Of a stretch of 64,000 bases of DNA, positions 17,436-24,820 are shown one piece after another. The notes below the pieces were generated by a model. The model was not told where the DNA came from and did no database searches. It worked only from the letters and a program-made list of their open reading frames with translations. The translations under genes and the position numbers were made by a program. How positions within the stretch are numbered: the stretch's first letter is position 1; each line of letters begins with the position of its first letter. The stretch comes from Pyrinomonadales bacterium (GTDB lineage Bacteria; Acidobacteriota; Blastocatellia; Pyrinomonadales; Pyrinomonadaceae), in assembly GCA_038227175.1 (NCBI GenBank), contig JBBRPZ010000011.1, positions 16,182 through 80,181 of the forward strand. The letters are read 5' to 3'.

Positions 17436-19226
17436 ATGCAGAGAGTTTTTCTATTTTTGATCATGGCTATTTTCGCCCGCGGGGTATCGGGACAGGCTCC
17501 GGCTCCAGGGTTTGACCTGACGAACTACGGCGTTCGCATCGAACCGGATAAGCGGCTTATCGTCGTCCTCGCCGCCCTCGAGATGGCGACGACGACCAAC
17601 GCGGCCGGCGTGGAAGAAAAGCTGATCAATACGCCGCTGTCGGATCAGGGGTCGAAGTTTCGTGAGCAGCTGCTGAAAGACAACGCCAGCCTGCCGGAAG
17701 ATCTTCGCCGCAAGATCTCGGGTTTTGTGCTCCAATACAAAAAACGTAACGCTAAGGCGACCGACGCCGAGATCGTGGCTCCCTTTATTTCGATGGCGTA
17801 CACGCTGACGCCGGTCCCGGAACTGGCCGATCCGATCATTACTAACGATTTGCCTGGTAATTTGCTCGACGTGCTTGATTTTGCACCTTTGACGCGAGAA
17901 TTTTACAGGCGTTCGGTTATCAGCTCAAAGCTCGACGATTATGTGAAAGACTCGCGCATGCTGGCGGAGGGGTCCCTTCGCGGTTCGACCCGTGACATGG
18001 TGGGTGATTTGCTTAACTATCTCCACACGCGGCCGCAACTGATATTTTCGGAAAAGGTCAAGGTCGAGACCCGGAAAGGAACAAGCAAAACGCAAACTCT
18101 GACAAAGATCGAGACCCGCGAGCACGACCGGCATTTCTACGTCGTCCCGGAAAATCTTGCTCCGAGAGGCAATATCAATTTTCTTAATATACGCGACGAT
18201 TACTATCTAATTATTCCGCCCGACACAGTTATAAGTAACTCCGATGGCCGCCGGGCGTTTCTGCAATTTGTCGTCGACCCGATCGTCCTCGGCAGGGCCC
18301 AGGAGATCTCGATAATGCACGACTGGGCCAGACCGGTGCTCGACGACCTGAGAAAAACGACGCCAAATATCTCGCCGGACATTTTCCTGTGCTTGTCTCA
18401 TTCGCTCGTAGCGGCAGTCGACGTGCGGCAGTCGGAATTCGAAAAGATTCGCATCGCAACCGACCAGGCGAGGCAAAGGATAGGTCTATTAAAGACTGAG
18501 GTTGAGAAAAAGGCCCTGTACCAAGAGTTGGAGGACTATAAAAAATCACTTGATGACGAGGCCACGCTGCAGTTGTACGACGAGTATCAAAAAGGCGCGG
18601 TGCTCTCGCTTTATTTCGTCGAGCAATTGAAGGGAATAGAAGATTCCGGATTTGATATCGCCGCCTCGCTTCGAGAAATGATCGCAACCTTCGATCCGGC
18701 GAAAGAGACGGCCCGCATCGCAAATTCCGGCGACGCCAGAAAACGAGCGCTCGCAGCCCGCGAGAAACGAAAACTGAGTCCCGATACCCGCTTTACGGCG
18801 GCCGAAAACCCGGTGACGACAGGCCTCCTCGAAATTCAAAAAATGATCGACGCCAAGGATCTGCCGAAAGCAAATGCCCAGTTGAAGCAGCTTTTGACGC
18901 AGTATCCGTCTGAGCCGCGTATCTATTACAGCCTCGGCCGCGTCGCGAGCCTGTCCGCCGAGGGAATTACCGACCCGGACGCACAGGCCCAGAAATTACA
19001 AGAAGCGAAAACCGCTTACAGCAACGTTCTTACAACCTCTACCCAATACACCGAGAGTGCGCTCCTTTCATTGACGTACGTGGCGCTCGGACGTATCTAC
19101 GAATTCTTTAATCAAAACGACTATGCAATAAAGTTGTACGACCAGGCCATCAAGCTCAACGAGGTCAGAAACGGTGCGTACCGCGAGGCGATGGACGCGA
19201 AACAGCGGTTGATAAAGCCGCAGTAG
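17436..19226 (+). CDS. Secreted hypothetical protein with C-terminal TPR-like repeats
   Basis: N-terminal signal-like segment MQRVFLFLIMAIFARGVSGQ. C-terminal TPR-like helices (YYSLGRVASL, ALGRIYEFFNQNDYAIKLYDQAIKLN). Confidence 0.6.
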   Translation: MQRVFLFLIMAIFARGVSGQAPAPGFDLTNYGVRIEPDKRLIVVLAALEMATTTNAAGVEEKLINTPLSDQGSKFREQLLKDNASLPEDLRRKISGFVLQYKKRNAKATDAEIVAPFISMAYTLTPVPELADPIITNDLPGNLLDVLDFAPLTREFYRRSVISSKLDDYVKDSRMLAEGSLRGSTRDMVGDLLNYLHTRPQLIFSEKVKVETRKGTSKTQTLTKIETREHDRHFYVVPENLAPRGNINFLNIRDDYYLIIPPDTVISNSDGRRAFLQFVVDPIVLGRAQEISIMHDWARPVLDDLRKTTPNISPDIFLCLSHSLVAAVDVRQSEFEKIRIATDQARQRIGLLKTEVEKKALYQELEDYKKSLDDEATLQLYDEYQKGAVLSLYFVEQLKGIEDSGFDIAASLREMIATFDPAKETARIANSGDARKRALAAREKRKLSPDTRFTAAENPVTTGLLEIQKMIDAKDLPKANAQLKQLLTQYPSEPRIYYSLGRVASLSAEGITDPDAQAQKLQEAKTAYSNVLTTSTQYTESALLSLTYVALGRIYEFFNQNDYAIKLYDQAIKLNEVRNGAYREAMDAKQRLIKPQ

Positions 19227-19352
19227 AACAAGTCTTTAAGCGGTGCGGTTATGACTTTTCCAAAAGTTCTGTTAGTATCTATCCGGTCGAAATACTTAGT
19301 CGGCTGCGCCATCTTTCTCAGAGACATCAAAAATTTATCAGGAGTAGAACAC

Positions 19353-19700
19353 ATGAAAGGATTTAACAATTTTAAGAGGATTAGCCTGCTGGTAGTCGCA
19401 ATAGCGTTGATCGGCATTTCGGTTGGCCGCGCGGGTACGGGTTTTGACTACAGATTCAAAGTTCACAACACTACAAAATTTAAGATCACCAAAATCATGG
19501 TGTCCGAAAACGGTAAGAAATATAGTCTTTTTGACATTGGCGACGGCATTGCTGCCGGGGCGACTGAAGAGTTGATCTGGGATAAATCTACAGACAATGG
19601 TGGCTGTGAATGGTATTTCAAAGCAACGTTCAGCGATAAATCAGAGTCTGAGGCTGCAAAATTCGATTTCTGTGAAAAGAATCTGGTTTTGGAGTTTTAG
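19353..19700 (+). CDS. Small secreted hypothetical protein
   Basis: AGGAG 9-10 nt upstream of ATG 19353, a signal-like MKGFNNFKRISLLVVAIALIGISVG, and a terminator downstream. Confidence 0.5.
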   Translation: MKGFNNFKRISLLVVAIALIGISVGRAGTGFDYRFKVHNTTKFKITKIMVSENGKKYSLFDIGDGIAAGATEELIWDKSTDNGGCEWYFKATFSDKSESEAAKFDFCEKNLVLEF

Positions 19701-19734
19701 CCATCGGAAATTAGGATTTGGTAAAAAATAAATG

Positions 19735-19772
19735 AAAGCCCCGGAGCGGATTTCCGGGGCTTTTCAGTTTTT
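19735..19772 (+). terminator. Rho-independent terminator
   Basis: agccccgga gcggatt tccggggct followed by ttttcagttttt. Confidence 0.7.
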
Positions 19773-19836
19773 CGGGTAAAGTAATTTAGCAGGCAATAGG
19801 TGTGCATTGCCCAAAAACTCTGCTAACGTTTAATCA

Positions 19837-20736
19837 ATGTCATCCGAACCGTTTCGCAGCGGCTATGTCGCGCTCATAGGCCGGCCGAATGCCGGAAAAT
19901 CTACGCTCATCAATCGCCTTGTTGGCGAAAAGATCGCCGCTGTTTCCAACAAACCGCAAACCACGAGGCATCGCATCAAAGGAATTGTTAACCGCGAAGG
20001 TGGCCAGATCGTCTTCATCGACACGCCGGGCGTGCACAAGCCGGGGCATCTGCTCAACCGGCGGATGATGTCGGCGGTGCATGACGCAATAATGTCGGTC
20101 GATCTGATCGTGCTAATGCGTGACGCGAGCGTTTCGACGGGGAATGGCGACCGGTTTGTGTTCGAGCTGGTAAAGCAGGCCGAAAAGCCGAGCGTGCTCG
20201 TGCTCAATAAGATCGATAAGCTCCACGACAAAGCAGCGCTGCTGCCGCTCATAGAGAGTTATTCGACGGAATTCGAATTTGACGAGATCATCCCTATTTC
20301 CGCCCTCATGGGCTCTGGACAAGACACGCTTCTCGACCAGATCGTTAAACATCTGCCGCCGGGCGAGCCGATATTCGCGGACGACGAAATGACCGATCAA
20401 TCGATGCGGGTCATCGCCTCCGAGATGGTACGGGAAAAGATCCTTGCGACGACTGGTGAGGAGATCCCGTATGTGACGGCGGTCGTGACGGAGGTTTTTG
20501 ACGAGACCGAGCCAGGCTTGACGCGGATATTTTGTGCGATCTACGTTGAGCGTTCGTCGCAGAAAAAGATAGTCATCGGCAAGCAAGGCTCGCGAATCAA
20601 GGATATCGGAACCAAGGCGCGCCTCGATATTGAAAAACTGCTGGGCAAGAAAGTTTTCCTAAAACTCTTCGTAAAGGTCGTCGAGGATTGGCGTAACCGC
20701 GAACGGGACCTCGATGATATAGGTATTCACGAATGA
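19837..20736 (+). CDS. era: GTPase Era
   Basis: GRPNAGKST (G1), DTPG (G3), NKID (G4), and a C-terminal KH domain (GKQGSRIKDIG). Confidence 0.93.
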   Translation: MSSEPFRSGYVALIGRPNAGKSTLINRLVGEKIAAVSNKPQTTRHRIKGIVNREGGQIVFIDTPGVHKPGHLLNRRMMSAVHDAIMSVDLIVLMRDASVSTGNGDRFVFELVKQAEKPSVLVLNKIDKLHDKAALLPLIESYSTEFEFDEIIPISALMGSGQDTLLDQIVKHLPPGEPIFADDEMTDQSMRVIASEMVREKILATTGEEIPYVTAVVTEVFDETEPGLTRIFCAIYVERSSQKKIVIGKQGSRIKDIGTKARLDIEKLLGKKVFLKLFVKVVEDWRNRERDLDDIGIHE

Positions 20737-21671
20737 ACGACACCAGCGAAAAAAAATGGCTCGCCGTCGACATCGAGACCTCTGCGGACGCTGTAGATGC
20801 GGTCGAGTACGCTTTGAACGCGCTCGACGCCCTCGGCACGGAGATCGACAGTCTGAGAAAATCCGCCGATGAAAGTCAGCGTGTTACCGGCTATTTTCAC
20901 CAGCTGCCGGACGCCGAAGAATTGAGCCGCGAGATCGATCTGGGATTAAAGATCTACGATCAGCCAGCCGCGACGGTTTACGCGATTGCGATGCGCGAGG
21001 TGCTGGACGCCGATTGGCTCGCCGAATGGAAACGCCACTGGAAGCCGACCGAGATCGGCAAATTTATCATCGCCCCGCCGTGGTCGGATGTCGCCGAAAC
21101 CGACAAGATCGTCATCCGGATCGAGCCAAATATGGCCTTTGGAACCGGCACGCACGAAACAACACAGCTATGTTTGACGGCGATAGGTGAAAATTACCGC
21201 AACGGCCAGACGTTCCTCGACATCGGCACGGGAACGGGTATTTTAGCGATAGCGGTTGCGAATTTAGCCACTGAGTACACAGAGAAAGATGAGAGAAGAA
21301 ATCAAAATTATCTCCCTAACTCGGTGCCCTCTGTGGCTAAAATTCTTGCTTGTGATACCGACGTGGACTCGGTCAAGATCGCGAAAGTGAATGCCGATGC
21401 AAATGGTGTAGGCGGGTTGATCGAGTTTTTCGATGGCTCGATCTCGGACGCTACGCCGGTCTTTGATTTTGTTTGTGCAAATTTGACGATCGACGTGATC
21501 GTGCCGATTTTGCCGATGCTGATCGACAAGACGAAAAGCATCTTATTGCTTTCGGGGGTCCTTGCAGAGCAGGAATCTGTCATCACAACCGAACTTTTGA
21601 AATTTTACATTTCAAACTTTGAAATTACAAAAGCCGGCGAGTGGATCTCGGCGCTGATACGAAAGGTTTAG
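20733..21671 (+). CDS. prmA: Ribosomal protein L11 methyltransferase
   Basis: W..HWKP, MAFGTGTHETT, and the LDIGTGTGILAIA SAM motif. ATGA overlap with era. It contains an 84-bp repeat-derived insert. Confidence 0.88.
   Translation: MNDTSEKKWLAVDIETSADAVDAVEYALNALDALGTEIDSLRKSADESQRVTGYFHQLPDAEELSREIDLGLKIYDQPAATVYAIAMREVLDADWLAEWKRHWKPTEIGKFIIAPPWSDVAETDKIVIRIEPNMAFGTGTHETTQLCLTAIGENYRNGQTFLDIGTGTGILAIAVANLATEYTEKDERRNQNYLPNSVPSVAKILACDTDVDSVKIAKVNADANGVGGLIEFFDGSISDATPVFDFVCANLTIDVIVPILPMLIDKTKSILLLSGVLAEQESVITTELLKFYISNFEITKAGEWISALIRKV
21261..21344. repeat. 84-bp word-array hairpin element inside prmA, in frame
   Basis: aatttagccactgagtacacagag...ctcggtgccctctgtggctaaaatt. The termini are TTTAGCCAC/GTGGCTAAA, as in the element at 28911-28986. 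Confidence 0.85.
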
Positions 21672-21732
21672 AGTGCAAATTTTAGTTTGTCTCTTAACTT
21701 AGGAGAAACAAACTAAAGTTTGCACTCTAAAC
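21666..21732. repeat. Long hairpin (about 28-bp stem) between the convergent prmA and BNR-protein stops
   Basis: gtttagagtgcaaattttagtttgtctc, a 9-nt loop, then gagaaacaaactaaagtttgcactctaaac. There is no U-tract, and each arm holds a CTTTAG/CTAAAG-centred palindrome. Confidence 0.85.
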
Positions 21733-21733
21733 A

Positions 21734-23779
21734 TTAGTTAGGCTTTTTGGCGGGAGATGGAGCAGGAACCGCGATCGGAATATCGCCGTCATCCGTGATC
21801 GTAACGAGCGGGATGCGAGATTTGGGTTTCAAACGCGGGCCGGCGTTTTTTAGGACTGGCGGGCCGCCTTTGGGGAGGCTGATATTTACCGGCGCGAGCG
21901 ATTCAGTCCGTTTCAGCATCGTGCCGCCGCGCCCGCCGATCCACACGCGGTTACCGCCGCGAAAGACGACTGCTTGCAGGAGTTTGCTGGTGATATTTGG
22001 CTGTACAGCCCACGTCGTGCCACCGTCGTCCGTTAACAGTACACTGCCTAATTCGCCGACCGCGATCGCCGCGTTTCGCCCAAACGCTTGGATGGCGAAT
22101 AAATTCAGCTTTACGGCCGATTCCTTATCAGTCCAAGTCTGCCCGCCGTCCGTCGTTCGCAGCGTGATGCCGCCGGCCCCGACCGCAAAGCCCGAGCGGT
22201 TGTCGAAAAAACTGACCGCGTAAAGATTTTCGCGGACATTTGTCTTAACCTTTTCCCAGGTCGCGGCCCCGTCGCTGGTTCGCAAGATCGTACCCTTGTC
22301 GCCGACCGCGACGCCGTGTTTATCGTCAAAAAATTTTACATCTTCGAGCCATAGATGACTGCCGGATTCGACCTTTCTCCATTGAATGCCGGCAGAATCC
22401 GTCCGCAGTACCATTCCACCCGCACCGACGGCAAAACCGGTTGTGTCGGAGACAAAATTCACGGCTGACAGGTCTTCCGTAACGCCTGAAGTGTTTTTGC
22501 TCCAGCTTGCTCCACCATTTGACGTGGCCAAAATCGTGCCACCGTCACCAACGATCCAGCCTCGTTGCCCGTCGATGAAAAAAACGGAATTCAGATTTTC
22601 CTGCGTGTCCGAAAAAGCTGGCAGCCAACTGACGCCCGCGTCATTCGTGATCCATATCCGGCCGTGCGACCCGACCGCGACGCCGATCTCGTCGTTTAGA
22701 AAGGTCAGGTCATTGACATCTTCGCGGCCACCTTCGCTCAGGCGCTGCCAGCTGAAACCGCCATCGTCGGTCCTGAGCATCAATCCGTTTTCACCGACGG
22801 CCCAACCAGTGAATTTGTCACCATAGTAGACGCTCACGAGCTTTGGATTTGTCCGGACGTTGAACGGCAGCCACGACCTCCCGCCGTCGCCTGTTACCCA
22901 TACCATGCCGTTCGCATCGGTCATCGAGCCGTTTGCAGCGTCGGCAAACGAGATCGAAAGCAGATCGGCGTGGCTGAAAATATTGATGCGTGACCATGTC
23001 TGACCCGCGTCGTCGCTGCGGGCGACGCAGCCGTCGTAGCCCGCGGTTATGATCGCAGTCGGAGACAAAAAGGCCGAGCCCGAGACGATGGTGCCGGAGC
23101 AGGGATCGGAAATCTTCCACTTCTCGCCGCCATCGGCGGTCGTCAAAACAACCCCGTTGACTCCCGATGCCACGGCGTGCAGCTCGTCAAGCGCATTGAC
23201 ATTTAATAGCTGTTCGGTCGTGCCGGAATTCTGCGGTTTCCACGTCTGTCCGCCGTCGACAGTTTTGAGGAGCCGGCCGTAGGTTCCGCTGATCCAACCC
23301 GTGTTACGCCCAGCCCCGGCAAACGTAATGCTGTAAAGATGATCGCGTGTATCGACCGCGACCCGCCGCCAATCTTTGCCTCCATTGCTCGTTGTAAGAA
23401 CCGTGCCCCGAGAGCCGACGACAAATGCGAAATCGGCATCACGCACGAAAACCGACGAAAACGTCGCATCGACCGGCGGCGTCTGTTTTGCCCAGCTAAA
23501 CCCGCCATCCTGGGTCCGAAGGATCGTGCCATCCGACCCAACTGCGAAGCCATTCTCCTTATCCGCCGCAAAATGAATTGAGTAAAGTGAGTTGCCCTGA
23601 GGCAAAGGATTTTGCCAGACCCAGCCCAGCCCGCCCCGTTGGGCCACTGCGACAGAAGAAGTGATTAACGCAAAGGCGCAAAGACGCAAAGAAAATGACG
23701 TCGTTCGGCCAACGAAACGCCTCGCCTCGCCTCTTCTCCTCTTCACCTTTTCTCCTCTTCCCGCCGTCCGATTTCCCAC
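21734..23779 (-). CDS. Ycf48/BNR-repeat beta-propeller protein (secreted)
   Basis: More than 10 repeats of the form G..G.IL.T.DGG.TW. The start is uncertain: the GTG at 23779 overlaps the rnhA stop, the N-terminal 40 aa are encoded by word repeats, and a TTG start nearer the signal peptide is possible. Confidence 0.75.
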   Translation of the reverse strand: MGNRTAGRGEKVKRRRGEARRFVGRTTSFSLRLCAFALITSSVAVAQRGGLGWVWQNPLPQGNSLYSIHFAADKENGFAVGSDGTILRTQDGGFSWAKQTPPVDATFSSVFVRDADFAFVVGSRGTVLTTSNGGKDWRRVAVDTRDHLYSITFAGAGRNTGWISGTYGRLLKTVDGGQTWKPQNSGTTEQLLNVNALDELHAVASGVNGVVLTTADGGEKWKISDPCSGTIVSGSAFLSPTAIITAGYDGCVARSDDAGQTWSRINIFSHADLLSISFADAANGSMTDANGMVWVTGDGGRSWLPFNVRTNPKLVSVYYGDKFTGWAVGENGLMLRTDDGGFSWQRLSEGGREDVNDLTFLNDEIGVAVGSHGRIWITNDAGVSWLPAFSDTQENLNSVFFIDGQRGWIVGDGGTILATSNGGASWSKNTSGVTEDLSAVNFVSDTTGFAVGAGGMVLRTDSAGIQWRKVESGSHLWLEDVKFFDDKHGVAVGDKGTILRTSDGAATWEKVKTNVRENLYAVSFFDNRSGFAVGAGGITLRTTDGGQTWTDKESAVKLNLFAIQAFGRNAAIAVGELGSVLLTDDGGTTWAVQPNITSKLLQAVVFRGGNRVWIGGRGGTMLKRTESLAPVNISLPKGGPPVLKNAGPRLKPKSRIPLVTITDDGDIPIAVPAPSPAKKPN

Positions 23780-24237
23780 TAAATTTCTACAACTCCTATC
23801 TCCGCCGCCGCTTCTTCGAGCAATGCATCATCGACATAGCCCAGCTCCGCCATTTTTCGGGCCATCGAATCGGCGACCTCTTGAACGATGTGCCCGTCAT
23901 GGCCCTTGATCCATTTCCAGGTTATTTGATGCCGCTTTGAGGCGTCATCGAGTTTTTTCCACCAATCGTGATTGGTTTTTCTTCTCCACGTTCCGCCCAT
24001 TGTCTCGACAACATAACGCGAATCGGACATTAGCGTTACTATACAAGGCTCTTTCAGGTTCTCAAGCCCGACCGTCGCCGCCGCGATCTCGGCCTGCTGA
24101 TTTGTCGCATTGCCGAGATAAATGCCGACCGCTTTCCACAGCCCTTTAAACCCAAGCACAGCGACCGCCGCGGCGCGCGGATTTCCCTTGCCGTTGCCGA
24201 GACTCGATCCGTCGCAGACGATGGTTACATTTTTCAC
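23779..24237 (-). CDS. rnhA: Ribonuclease HI
   Basis: VTIVCDGSS, NQQAEIAA, MSDSRYVV, and WIKGHDGH...EVAD (the D-E-D-D pattern). The GTG at 24237 gives a canonical N-terminus. The ATG at 24285 would overlap the HD gene by 43 nt. Confidence 0.85.
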   Translation of the reverse strand: MKNVTIVCDGSSLGNGKGNPRAAAVAVLGFKGLWKAVGIYLGNATNQQAEIAAATVGLENLKEPCIVTLMSDSRYVVETMGGTWRRKTNHDWWKKLDDASKRHQITWKWIKGHDGHIVQEVADSMARKMAELGYVDDALLEEAAAEIGVVEI

Positions 24238-24242
24238 AATTT

Positions 24243-24812
24243 TTATTCGAATGCCAGATGTATCTTTTCCGCGATGACATCCCAAACAACCTGACTGCCA
24301 TCGGCAATGTAGGCGGTTTTAGTCAGGATCTGTTCCTTGGTCACATTGTTTTCGACCCAACTCTGTTTGTTATTGTATAGATTTTGCAGGACGGGCATCA
24401 CGCGATCGATCGCGCGGGCATATTTTGCCTCTTTTGTATCGCCATTCTCGAATTCGTCTAATAGCTCAAAAAATTGCGCGCTAATCTCGTCCGGCAAGAT
24501 CCCGAAAATCCTCTTGATCGCCAACTCTTCCTTTGCCTTGGCGTCGGCCCTACCAGTTTCGTCAAAAAAGAATACATCGTCGGCGTCGATCTCGCAGATA
24601 TCGTGGACGAGAAGCATCCTGGACACGCGGGCCGCGTCTAGGCCTTCGTCACCAAATTTTGCTAGAACGAGTGCCAAAAGAGCGACCTGCCAACTGTGTT
24701 CGGCGGACGTTTCGTAACGGTCGAGCCCTAGCGGCTTGACCTTACGCGTGACTGCCTTTAGCTTTTCGAGCTCTAAGATGAACTCGAAGCATTTTTCCAA
24801 CTCATCTTTCAT
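24243..24812 (-). CDS. HD-domain phosphohydrolase (YfbR-like 5'-nucleotidase family)
   Basis: SAEHSWQVALLA ... LLVHDICEIDADD ... AIDRV matches the H...HD...D pattern of small HD_3-type hydrolases. Confidence 0.8.
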   Translation of the reverse strand: MKDELEKCFEFILELEKLKAVTRKVKPLGLDRYETSAEHSWQVALLALVLAKFGDEGLDAARVSRMLLVHDICEIDADDVFFFDETGRADAKAKEELAIKRIFGILPDEISAQFFELLDEFENGDTKEAKYARAIDRVMPVLQNLYNNKQSWVENNVTKEQILTKTAYIADGSQVVWDVIAEKIHLAFE

Positions 24813-24820
24813 TTGTTTAT

